From the IMG/VR virus record IMGVR_UViG_3300046533_000294, positions 63,386 through 127,385 of that record: 64,000 nt of DNA; one strand, written 5' to 3'. A program made the position numbers and the translations under genes. A model generated the notes under the pieces. That model had not been told where the DNA came from. It did not search any database and saw only the letters and a list, made by a program, of their open reading frames with translations. Source of the DNA: a virus. Positions 16,980 through 26,217 of the stretch are shown piece by piece. How positions within the stretch are numbered: the stretch's first letter is position 1; each line of letters opens with the position of its first letter.

Positions 16980-19178
16980 ATGCCACCGAATCTGACCACC
17001 GGCCCTACCACTCCAGTCCTCGATAACTTCAATCGAGCGAATGGCGCTCTTGGCTCTGCATGGGCAGGCCCAGCCGGGCAGCTGTCCGACGATGTACCCA
17101 CAATAAACAACAACCAGGTATACCAGCAGGCAGATGGCAAGGCTGGTTCGGCCTACCTACAGGGCACTGTTTACGACTTCAATGCTGGCCCGGTCGAGTG
17201 TTTCATCGACATCCCGGTGTCTGGCTATCTTATCACTCAGATCATCGGTTACACATACGCGGTCGGCTATTACTATCGTCTTGTCAACGATTCGAGCAAC
17301 GGGTGGCTGCGGTTGGTGATCTGCCATGCTGGCACTGACAATGTTGTCCAGACGCTCAGCGGCGTATCAGTCACAGGCGGCGGCAAAATCTGGATGTGGG
17401 TCGAGCCGACGCCCAGTGGCCCAGGGCTCGACATCTATTGCATGTACAAGCAGTCGGGTGGAGCGTGGAATATGTGCTTCGCTAAGTACACCGACACAAG
17501 CCTGGTTAGGACGAGCGGCTACATCGGCTTGCGCCTTCAGGGCACATCGACTGTTACATCGTCAGCTGACAACTTTGGCGGTGGAGCCCTCTCGACATCG
17601 GCCACAGTCGTGTCTCCGGCAGCCAGCGTTTCAATGGGATCGGTCGCACCTGCATTTCGAGTAGACGACTCAGTGATAGCACCGCCTGCGACCGTTAGTG
17701 CGCAATCTATCGCACCCATGGTCTCGATTCCGAAAACAGTCGTAGCTCCGTATGCGAGCTTCAGCGCGCAGTCGGTAGCTCCTGCCATCTCGGGAACTGC
17801 GGTAGTTATCAGTCCGCCCGCGCTCTTTACCAGTGTAGCTGTTGCTCCAATCTCGGTGTTGTCTCCGATCGTACTCCCTGGTGCAGCAACTTGGACAGCT
17901 ACAGCTGTCTCGCCGGGCCTCGGGCGACAGATCATTAGCACGTCTGGAGTATTCACAGCGAGCATGAGTGCGCCTGGTACGGGCAACCTTCTGGTGCCGC
18001 CTGCTGCGTTCTGGATGGCATCTGCTGTCGCACCCGCTCCCACCATTTATATCCTGGCTGCTGTCGGGACATTCACGAGCAGCTCTGTCACGCCGGTAGT
18101 TGTGCAGGGCTTGTTCTCATTCCCGAACGCCTGCTTGTTGACAGTCGGCAGTGTCGCTCCGACCTTGAGCATCCTACAGACGGTGACAGTGCCTGCTTCG
18201 ATCTGGACGGCGAGCCCGATTGCTCCTCTTCTGGTGAAGACGTTGTTCCCGAATGTGGTGCTGTCGACGTTCTCGACTATCGCGCCTGCGCTTTCTATTG
18301 TTACGCCTATCACGGCAGCTCTGGTGACGTTCCGATCGGGAGCACCATCGTTCATCTCGGGCACGGGACAGTCGCTCGCGATTCCGCCTGCTACGTTCTC
18401 AGCCGCTGCTGTCGCCCCATCGACGTCAGTACTGGTAGTTGTGCCCTATGGATCGTTCACGGCGTCGATCGCTACGCCTGTGCTCGTCAATGTCTTGGCT
18501 GCCTCGTCTGCTATTATGACGCAGACAAGCGTGGCGCCTGTGCTGGCGAGAAGTCCGCTTGTGTTGATGCCGGCGCCAGTTACGACAATGATTGCTGGAG
18601 CGCCGAGCATTCTAACTGGTGTGGGAACGACAGCTCCAATCTTTACAGCGAGTGCGTCGCCACCATCCTTGTCCATTTCGCTCGCGCCCACAGCTCCGAC
18701 TTTCACAGCAGTTATTCCGGCTGTACAACTCGGACATACTATCGTTCCGTCGCCGATTCGGACGACGTTCACGAGTGCTGCTTCAATCCAGATGATTGTC
18801 CAGTTGCCGGTCGGAGTCTGGTCTGCGGCCATGACGACTCCCAGCGTCGCTCTCCAGGTGCCCGCTCCGGCCGGCAAGCTTACGATGTCGAGTATGACCA
18901 TTAGTATGGATGTTGAGAAGACAGTGTCTATGGACGTAGCGCGCTGGACGGCGCAGCTGCCAGCCCCTGCTTTGAGCATTATTCTCAAAAGTCCCGTTCC
19001 GATCTGGGTCGGTTCGCCGCAGAATCCCCAGATCGGACGGGGCTCGATCGCAGTGCCGGCCTACGTCAACTTCTCTGCGGTTGAGCCAGATGTGCAGCAA
19101 GAGAGCACAACGGCGGTCTACACGTATGTGCCGGGTGAAGTTGTCGAGTCGAATGCGTGGCCGATGTGGCAACACTAG
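16980..19178 (+). CDS. long virion protein: beta-sandwich/lectin-like head plus A/P/S/T/V repeats
   Basis: N-terminal DNFNRANG...DNFGGG domain, then many PPA.FTASSVAP-type repeats. Confidence 0.7.
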   Translation: MPPNLTTGPTTPVLDNFNRANGALGSAWAGPAGQLSDDVPTINNNQVYQQADGKAGSAYLQGTVYDFNAGPVECFIDIPVSGYLITQIIGYTYAVGYYYRLVNDSSNGWLRLVICHAGTDNVVQTLSGVSVTGGGKIWMWVEPTPSGPGLDIYCMYKQSGGAWNMCFAKYTDTSLVRTSGYIGLRLQGTSTVTSSADNFGGGALSTSATVVSPAASVSMGSVAPAFRVDDSVIAPPATVSAQSIAPMVSIPKTVVAPYASFSAQSVAPAISGTAVVISPPALFTSVAVAPISVLSPIVLPGAATWTATAVSPGLGRQIISTSGVFTASMSAPGTGNLLVPPAAFWMASAVAPAPTIYILAAVGTFTSSSVTPVVVQGLFSFPNACLLTVGSVAPTLSILQTVTVPASIWTASPIAPLLVKTLFPNVVLSTFSTIAPALSIVTPITAALVTFRSGAPSFISGTGQSLAIPPATFSAAAVAPSTSVLVVVPYGSFTASIATPVLVNVLAASSAIMTQTSVAPVLARSPLVLMPAPVTTMIAGAPSILTGVGTTAPIFTASASPPSLSISLAPTAPTFTAVIPAVQLGHTIVPSPIRTTFTSAASIQMIVQLPVGVWSAAMTTPSVALQVPAPAGKLTMSSMTISMDVEKTVSMDVARWTAQLPAPALSIILKSPVPIWVGSPQNPQIGRGSIAVPAYVNFSAVEPDVQQESTTAVYTYVPGEVVESNAWPMWQH

Positions 19179-21304
19179 TCTGGAACGAGGATTTCGAGAC
19201 GAACGCGATTGCCACGATCTTTCCTGGCGGTAACTCGAATGCCTCGATTGACACCGTTGTCTTCAAAACTGGAGCCAAATCGGCCAGGTTCAATGGTGAT
19301 CCTGCTTACGGACTCCACACTTGGACTTCTGGCCCCATCACTGTGTTCAAAGCTTGGATCTGTCTTGCGGCTATTCCGAGCCAGGGCATCGAATTGATGA
19401 CTTTGAACGGTGGCCCTCGTTTCGGTTACGACATAGCGTCAAACAAGTTCGGGTGGATCAATGGGACAGCACAAACGATGGATCGCCTATCTGCTGTTAC
19501 GCCGGTAGCTGGACAATGGTATCTCTTTGAGTTCCGTATTAACCAGTCCGCGAATCCGTGGGTGCTCGACTACCAGATCGACGGCGTTCCCCAGACACAG
19601 ATCACCTATGCTGTTGCTGCCTCAACAGTCAACGGGATCTATCTCGGGCACACAACTGGGTTCTCGGTGTTCGTCACCCTTAACTGCGATCTGGTGCAAG
19701 TATCTCAAACGGCGGCGGATTACCCGCTCAGCGTTGTCTCGAACACAATAGTCGCGCCACCAGCGACATTCACAGGCAGTTCTGTCGCTCCGGTGATAGC
19801 GAGAGATGCGACGGTTGTCGCTCCGCCGGCAGTCTTGACCGCTAGTTCGGTAGCACCAGGACTGGGCGGTGGAGTCATCACTCCACCCGGTACCTTCTCG
19901 GCGTCGTCCGTAGCTCCGACAGTATCCATCGCCATATCGAAGACGGTAGTTGCGCCACCTGCCACCTTCTCTGGCAGTTCGGTCGCACCCGTACTAACGA
20001 AGTCAATCCTGCTAACACCGCCAGCAGCGTTTTTCACAGCCGCACCTGTCGCACCAGTCCTGCTGATGATCATGATTACGCCACCTGCCGTATTCACGGC
20101 ATCTGCCGTAGCGCCCGTTCTGGGCAAGACTATGGTGCCTAATGCTGTGTTGACGACGTTCTCGGCGGTTGCGCCGCCCGTCACCTTCACCGCTTTGGTC
20201 GTAGCTCCGCCAGGCGTAACGACATTCTTGTCTGTCGCGGCTGGGCTCTCGCGCAGCAGTGTAGTCATCCCCAATGCAGCGACGGCGACATTTAGCTCGG
20301 TAGCGCCTCCGATCCAAACGTCGGTCTCACTGGTGGCAGCAGTCGCGACTTGGACGGCGGCTTCGGTGGCGCCCGCCCTGATCAAGACACAGATTGCTCC
20401 ACCAGCAACTTGGACAGCTACGGCTGTCGGCCCATCGGTTAGCTGGACAGCTCTGATCGTTAGTCCGCCTGGCGTCTTCACCGCCAATAGTGTAGGGCCA
20501 GCGATTCAGTCTGGCGCCGGTATCACTCTAGCTGTGACTGCTTGTCTCTTCACCGCCAAAGGAGTCGGGCCTGCTATCGCTACAGATTGGTTGATCGCAG
20601 TGCCGCCAGGGATCTGGACAGCAGCTGGAGTCGGGCCAATTGTTTTCATTCACTCGTTCTACCCTGCGCCTCCAGCAGTCTGGACGGCTGCTGCGGTTGC
20701 TCCTGGGATCTCGTATCCAGTTAGCGTTACTGTGCCGGCAGCCCCTGCAACCTTTACGGCGTCCGCTCCTACGGTATTCGCTGGGTCAGGCGTATTCTTA
20801 ATTGTACCGCCTGTGACAGCGAGTTACGCATCTGTAGCTCCGATCCTGCTTAGATCGAGCAGCGTCACCAGTCCGCCGGCATTGCTGACAATGTCTTCGA
20901 CTGCTCCGGGTCTGGCAGTCGGATCGGACAGGCTGATCGTGACGTCAGCGGCGACAACTACTTTCTCATCCGCATCTCCAGCTCTTACAACGGGAACAAT
21001 TGTCGGGGCGCCAGCCGCTGCTTGGCAGGCGACCGCTGTCTCTCCCCTGGTCGCTATGCGGCTGGCTTCCCCGGCAGGTATAGTCTCGTTCACCGCGAGC
21101 GCGCCGATCCCCGGCTCGCTCGTTTCTGTCACCGCCCCCATAGGACGAGTCATATTCAGTTCAAAGTCTCCAGTGATCATAGGCGTCAGCGTCGGAACAG
21201 AGTTCCAGTACACACAAGGAACCATCTGGCAGCACTCGATGACAAGTGGTGATGCGATGCAATCTCAGACCGGACGGATTGTTCAAACTCACGAGAGGTT
21301 CTGA
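19157..21304 (+). CDS. second long repeat-rich virion protein
   Basis: Globular ~190 aa N-terminus followed by the same PPATF.ASSVAP repeats. Confidence 0.7.
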   Translation: MADVATLVWNEDFETNAIATIFPGGNSNASIDTVVFKTGAKSARFNGDPAYGLHTWTSGPITVFKAWICLAAIPSQGIELMTLNGGPRFGYDIASNKFGWINGTAQTMDRLSAVTPVAGQWYLFEFRINQSANPWVLDYQIDGVPQTQITYAVAASTVNGIYLGHTTGFSVFVTLNCDLVQVSQTAADYPLSVVSNTIVAPPATFTGSSVAPVIARDATVVAPPAVLTASSVAPGLGGGVITPPGTFSASSVAPTVSIAISKTVVAPPATFSGSSVAPVLTKSILLTPPAAFFTAAPVAPVLLMIMITPPAVFTASAVAPVLGKTMVPNAVLTTFSAVAPPVTFTALVVAPPGVTTFLSVAAGLSRSSVVIPNAATATFSSVAPPIQTSVSLVAAVATWTAASVAPALIKTQIAPPATWTATAVGPSVSWTALIVSPPGVFTANSVGPAIQSGAGITLAVTACLFTAKGVGPAIATDWLIAVPPGIWTAAGVGPIVFIHSFYPAPPAVWTAAAVAPGISYPVSVTVPAAPATFTASAPTVFAGSGVFLIVPPVTASYASVAPILLRSSSVTSPPALLTMSSTAPGLAVGSDRLIVTSAATTTFSSASPALTTGTIVGAPAAAWQATAVSPLVAMRLASPAGIVSFTASAPIPGSLVSVTAPIGRVIFSSKSPVIIGVSVGTEFQYTQGTIWQHSMTSGDAMQSQTGRIVQTHERF

Positions 21305-22035
21305 TGCCTTACTCGATCACATTCGAGGACTACACCCCGCCGCCGAAGTTCGATGGGCTGTCATGGACTCAGATCCACATTGAGGAGGCACCGGCGGCAT
21401 CCGGGCCGTGGACTGAGATCGATGTGCAGCCCATCGTTCCACTTGATTCTGATCCGACAGAGCCAATGGCGCGTGCTTTCACGACGGACAACGCGACAAT
21501 CATTAACGGGTGGTATCAGATCATCTTCCATGACGCTGCTGCATCGACGGCAGTTCCAACGACCCCGATCCAGAATGCTCCCGTTGATACGATGCCGTAT
21601 CTGCCTACGCTGGCGGATCTTGGCGCACTCATGCACGCCCGGACGCAGGACAACATGGGGAACGAAGCCGCCACCTTCAACAACTTCACGCGTCCGACCG
21701 GGGATGAAGCCAACCGTCTTATCCTTCAGGCAGCCGACGATGTGACGACTGCGATCGACACCGACATCCCTTCAGGCGCGTATCGCTACGCGAAGCAAGC
21801 GGTCATCTATCGTGCGGCGATGCTGATCGAGCTAGGTTACTGGCCCGAGCAGATCAACACTGGCCGATCGCCTTACCCGCAGTATGCGGAGCTGTTCGAC
21901 GCTTTCTTCCTCAATCTACAGTCGGCAGTCAACCGCGAGCGCGAGGAATCCATAGAGGGCGAGGATGTAGGTAGTCCAGGCATGGCTGTCTACTCCTTCC
22001 CGCTGGGGCCATGTGCAGGGAGCATCCGCTGGTGA
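21304..22035 (+). CDS. head-to-tail adaptor (putative)
   Basis: C-terminal PT..D......R...TRPT...A...I..A...RAAMLIE..Y.PEQ pattern of actinophage adaptors. Confidence 0.65.
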   Translation: MPYSITFEDYTPPPKFDGLSWTQIHIEEAPAASGPWTEIDVQPIVPLDSDPTEPMARAFTTDNATIINGWYQIIFHDAAASTAVPTTPIQNAPVDTMPYLPTLADLGALMHARTQDNMGNEAATFNNFTRPTGDEANRLILQAADDVTTAIDTDIPSGAYRYAKQAVIYRAAMLIELGYWPEQINTGRSPYPQYAELFDAFFLNLQSAVNREREESIEGEDVGSPGMAVYSFPLGPCAGSIRW

Positions 22036-22688
22036 GCTACAACGACCTCACATACGCCAGGTTCGGCACCAACAAAGCGGAGATCGAGAAGATTGCCAAC
22101 AAGTACAGGCTGACTGCTAAGCAGGTCACGGACACAGCGCCTGTGATGAGAAGTATTGCGGACAACCTCCAGATCATCTTCAAGCGCAACTTCGAGTCGC
22201 AGGGGCGCCGCAAGGGTGGGTCGTGGCCAGCACTAAAACAAGAGACGATCAAGCACAAGCTTCGCCTAGTGGGGCAAGGAGGCGGGCATCGACTCCAGGG
22301 CGGTCGTGCCTTTGGTGGCGGATTCTTTATCCGTCCCAAGGGATCTTCTGGAATCACTGGCGTATTCAAGCCTACGGCTGGAGCCCTTCACGTCTATGAG
22401 CCTGTACGATTGACTGACAGGCTGTTCAACGCCGCAACGGGACAGACTTCTGAGACGGTGAAAGAGGTCACCAGATACAAGGCCATCGTGGGCGTCCAGG
22501 GCATTCCATATGCGAAGGTTCAACGTGATGGTGGAGGCAACAGCATCCCGGCTCGCAACTATATGATGGTTGACGAGGCCGACAGAATTGAGTTCCTCCA
22601 TCTCCTGGAGGATCACATCTTTTTGTACTACGCTGCTGGCTCCGGGTTCGTGCGACGGGCAAAGGGTCTGGGCGGGTATGTCTTCTAG
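22032..22688 (+). CDS. virion morphogenesis / tail completion protein (Mu gpG-like)
   Basis: NFESQG...WPALK.ET and IPARNYM motifs. Confidence 0.7.
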   Translation: MSYNDLTYARFGTNKAEIEKIANKYRLTAKQVTDTAPVMRSIADNLQIIFKRNFESQGRRKGGSWPALKQETIKHKLRLVGQGGGHRLQGGRAFGGGFFIRPKGSSGITGVFKPTAGALHVYEPVRLTDRLFNAATGQTSETVKEVTRYKAIVGVQGIPYAKVQRDGGGNSIPARNYMMVDEADRIEFLHLLEDHIFLYYAAGSGFVRRAKGLGGYVF

Positions 22689-23319
22689 TCCTGATATCTT
22701 TTCCGAGATCAAGGATGGTGCTCAACTTGAGGAAGCCATCATCGCGCATCTATCGGCCTGGATGCCTGTTTACTTGCGTGAGCTAGAGATTCAGCGCGGA
22801 TGGCCGAATGGCAAGCATCTGCCCAACGCAAGATCGTTCACAGTTTTCAGCCGTCTCGATCACTTCGATGAGCAGCAGCTACCAGCCGTTGTAGTATCTT
22901 CACCAGGGCTGGCTAGTGCGCCGAAGATGGAGGGTAGCGGCTCGTACACTGCAATCTGGAACGTCAATATTGCAGTCATCGTTTCGGCTAAGGATCAAGC
23001 ATCAACGAATACGTTGGCCAAGATATACGCGGCTGCTGTTCGAAGCATCATGGTGCAGAAGCCGAGTATCAGCGAGTTCGCCGTTCACAATGTCTGGACA
23101 AACGAGAGCTACGATGATCTCGGCAGCTCGGATGGAGAACGGACATTCGCTGTTGGGGTCGGGGAGTTCGCTGTAATGGTAGAAAATGTCGTCAACAAGA
23201 TGGGAGGCCCACGCACCTATCCATTCATCGAACCGCCCGACCCGGAGACGCAGCCTGGCAGCCAGTGGCCTGATGCCCAGGAAGTCATTGTCGAAGTTGA
23301 GAAGGAAGGGATCGCATGA
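22678..23319 (+). CDS. tail terminator (putative)
   Basis: Position before the sheath gene; LPAVVVSSPG motif. Confidence 0.55.
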   Translation: MSSSPDIFSEIKDGAQLEEAIIAHLSAWMPVYLRELEIQRGWPNGKHLPNARSFTVFSRLDHFDEQQLPAVVVSSPGLASAPKMEGSGSYTAIWNVNIAVIVSAKDQASTNTLAKIYAAAVRSIMVQKPSISEFAVHNVWTNESYDDLGSSDGERTFAVGVGEFAVMVENVVNKMGGPRTYPFIEPPDPETQPGSQWPDAQEVIVEVEKEGIA

Positions 23320-23501
23320 CGACAGTCAAGAACGTCGGCGCTCTGACTGACCTGGCCGATGGAAGTATCCTGGAGCCAGGGGCAACAAAGGACGTCACAG
23401 CGAAGTCGCTGGGCGATCCTTACAACCAGTGGCTGATCGAGGAGGGGCGCATCGAGGTCGTCTCCGAGGAGCCCAAGGCAAAGAAGGGTGGTGACAAATG
23501 A
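23316..23501 (+). CDS. small pre-sheath protein
   Basis: 61 aa, ATGA-coupled on both sides. Confidence 0.6.
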   Translation: MTTVKNVGALTDLADGSILEPGATKDVTAKSLGDPYNQWLIEEGRIEVVSEEPKAKKGGDK

Positions 23502-24946
23502 GCAGGCCAGGAGTTGAGATTGCTCTGCTGGAGCAGCCGCCAGCAAGGACTCCTCCAGTTGATACGGGCGTCTTCTTCGCCATCGGCCCGGCACAGATGG
23601 GGCCAACCAACGCACCAAGCTTCATCAGGAGCATGTCCGAGTTCCAACGCATCTACGGGGCTCGTGTGACCTACAGCTACTTGTGGGACGCGATCGACTG
23701 CTACTTCAAGGAGGGTGGGAGTCGAGCGTACATCAGTCGCGTTGTCGGCCCTGCCCCGATCAACGCTACTGTGGCGCTCAAGGACGCATCCAACGCCGCC
23801 ACGATGAACGTGACGGCGAACAGTCCTGGGGCCTGGGCGAACAGCTTGTCGGTGCAGATCACGGCCGGGTCGGTTGGCGGCACCTTTGTCGTCAACATTT
23901 TCCTCTCGGGCGTGCTCGTAGAAGTGTCGGGGGATCTCATTGATGTTCCGGCAGCCGTTAGCTGGTCGCAGTCGTCCGAGTACGTCGTGATCACGGATAT
24001 CACGGCCAGCTCTCTGGATCCAGCCGTCGTCGCGGCGACTGCTCTCGTCGGCGGAACAGATGACAACACGAACATCGTCGAGGATAACTGGACAACAGCC
24101 TACAACCTGTTCAGCAAAGGTCTGGGGCCAGGTCAGGTCGCCGCTCCGGGTCATACCTCGCAGGGCGGACAGACGGCGCTGCTCGCTCACGCCGATGCCA
24201 ACAACCGTGTCGCGCTCGTAGATGCGCTCGATTCGGGATCCAAGGCAACCCTCAAGTCGGCGGCTGCCGCGCTCCAGGGTGCGGTGCCAGGGAATCGTCA
24301 CGCAGCTCTGTTCGCTCCGTGGGCGATTGTTCCGGGCATCGTCGCCGGCACTACCCGCATCGTGCCGTGGTCGGCTATCGAGGCCGGCATCATCTCGCGG
24401 AACGATGCTCATCTCAGCCCCAACACGGCAGCTGCTGGGCTACAGAACGGCCAGAGCGTGTATGCGATCGGGCTCAGCCAGCCTCCGTTCAGCGACTCCG
24501 ACCGGCAGGATCTCAATGCTTCGTCGGTGAACATCGTTCGGGCGCTATTCAACGGCATCATGGCCTATGGGTTCCGTACCCTGGTTAACCCCGGCAGCGA
24601 TCCGAACTGGATCCCGTTCAGCAACAGTCGTCTCTTCATGGCGATTGTCGCCGAAGCGGATGCAATTGCCGAGCAGTATGTGTTCGATCAGATCGACGGC
24701 AAGGGCGTCACGTTCAAGGAGTTCGGCGGCAACCTGGCTGGGATGCTGGCCAGCTACTACAACGAGGGCTCGTTGTATGGCGATACGCCGGATGCTGCGT
24801 ATGCCGTGGATACCGGGTCAACAGTTAACACACCGGACACGATCTCCAACCTGGAGATCCATGCAGTGATCAGCGTCAAGATGAGCCCGTTCGGAGAACT
24901 GGTTCACATCGACATCGTCAAGAAGCTCGTCACGGACACAATCTGA
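23498..24946 (+). CDS. tail sheath protein
   Basis: MSRPGVEI...F.IGPAQMGP...S.SEF..IYG N-terminus; RVALVD and RLFMAI; 482 aa. Confidence 0.9.
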   Translation: MSRPGVEIALLEQPPARTPPVDTGVFFAIGPAQMGPTNAPSFIRSMSEFQRIYGARVTYSYLWDAIDCYFKEGGSRAYISRVVGPAPINATVALKDASNAATMNVTANSPGAWANSLSVQITAGSVGGTFVVNIFLSGVLVEVSGDLIDVPAAVSWSQSSEYVVITDITASSLDPAVVAATALVGGTDDNTNIVEDNWTTAYNLFSKGLGPGQVAAPGHTSQGGQTALLAHADANNRVALVDALDSGSKATLKSAAAALQGAVPGNRHAALFAPWAIVPGIVAGTTRIVPWSAIEAGIISRNDAHLSPNTAAAGLQNGQSVYAIGLSQPPFSDSDRQDLNASSVNIVRALFNGIMAYGFRTLVNPGSDPNWIPFSNSRLFMAIVAEADAIAEQYVFDQIDGKGVTFKEFGGNLAGMLASYYNEGSLYGDTPDAAYAVDTGSTVNTPDTISNLEIHAVISVKMSPFGELVHIDIVKKLVTDTI

Positions 24947-24963
24947 GAGAGGGGGTGAAGTAA

Positions 24964-25404
24964 ATGGCAGAATCCACTGGTGGGCCAACTCGCAAGGACA
25001 CCTACATCCTGAACGTCATCGTGAATGGTATCAGGCTGGGAGTGTTCGACAAGATGACCGGAGGAGATCTGGACTCCGACGAGTTCAAGTATTATCCCGG
25101 AGGCATGGTGCCGCCTGTCTCTCTCGGAGGCAAGGTCAACCCTGCCAACTTCGTCGTCTCGCGTCTGTATCGTCTAGCGCGCGACCACGATTACGTGCAG
25201 AAGCTCTACAACGGCGTCGGCAAGTACGACTGCAAGGTCATCAGACAACCATTGGACATCGACTCCAATCCGTACGGATCACCGATCGTCTGGAACGGTA
25301 CGCTCAAGCGCGTCACCGTTCCTGAAGTCGATTCAGAGTCCAGCGATCCAGGCCTGCTGGAGCTGGAGTTTACGCCGCAGGGCAACCCGCAGGTCAGCGG
25401 CTAA
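24964..25404 (+). CDS. tail tube protein (T4 gp19-like)
   Basis: GVFDKMTGG.LD....KYYPGG; follows the sheath gene. Confidence 0.85.
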   Translation: MAESTGGPTRKDTYILNVIVNGIRLGVFDKMTGGDLDSDEFKYYPGGMVPPVSLGGKVNPANFVVSRLYRLARDHDYVQKLYNGVGKYDCKVIRQPLDIDSNPYGSPIVWNGTLKRVTVPEVDSESSDPGLLELEFTPQGNPQVSG

Positions 25405-25426
25405 CGAGATACTGGGAGGGAGCGCC

Positions 25427-26014
25427 ATGCCATTGCCAGAAGATGAAACGAGGATCTATCATCAGCCGGAGCCAGGAGGCATGACTGAGCCTCTTGACCC
25501 CGAGGAACAAGAGCCGAATGGGCTTGTCTCGGACGGCGTGCAGCGGAACATCATGGATCAACTGCGCGCTGTCCGCGACGAGCAGACTGCCGGCGTTACC
25601 TGCTTCATCGCGGTGCCGGGCTATCGAGGACAACTGAAGGCAGAGTACGGAGTCCTGCCTACAAAAGAGATGAACAACATGGGCAGGAAAGTCGAACGAC
25701 AGTTCAGAGACGCCGCCGACCGGCAGCTGAATGGTCTCATCGATATCCTCATCTCTGCTTGTGAAGGATTGTTCTTCGTAGAGGAGGACGGCGGCTTGAC
25801 CGCCATCGACCCTGACAGCTCCGGGATTCCTCTCACCTACACCGACCACCGCACTGCGGGCTTCTTCAAGCTTGGGGAAGTATCCAGCGCCCGAGGATGT
25901 CTAATGGGCGTCTTCCTGAACAACGAGCCCAGCATTCTCGCTCACGGATTGAAGTTGAGTCGCTGGTACGAGGACACGTCGAAGGAAGTTGACGAGAGTT
26001 TCCTGGGGGAATAG
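25427..26014 (+). CDS. tail assembly chaperone
   Basis: Lies between tube and tape measure; ends in a slippery GGGGGAA. Confidence 0.75.
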   Translation: MPLPEDETRIYHQPEPGGMTEPLDPEEQEPNGLVSDGVQRNIMDQLRAVRDEQTAGVTCFIAVPGYRGQLKAEYGVLPTKEMNNMGRKVERQFRDAADRQLNGLIDILISACEGLFFVEEDGGLTAIDPDSSGIPLTYTDHRTAGFFKLGEVSSARGCLMGVFLNNEPSILAHGLKLSRWYEDTSKEVDESFLGE

Positions 26015-26217
26015 AAGCCAGCGATGAGATCACTCAAGCCGCACAAATACTCCTCGCTGGCGGAGATCCTCTGCGGTGGCTCAATGGGGAAGATGCGTTC
26101 GAGACAGGGATCATGTACCAGGTAGCTCTCAAGGCGATCGAGCTTCAACGCGAGATCCTTCATGAGGATCTCGCTCGTCGTACGGCAAATGCAGTATCGA
26201 GGATGTTCAAGAGATAG
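26005..26217 (+). CDS. -1 frameshift extension of the tail assembly chaperone
   Basis: GGGGGAA at 26005-26011; the -1 frame is open (GIEASDEITQ...RMFKR) to TAG 26215-26217, overlapping the tape measure start. Confidence 0.8.
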   Translation, partial: GGIEASDEITQAAQILLAGGDPLRWLNGEDAFETGIMYQVALKAIELQREILHEDLARRTANAVSRMFKR

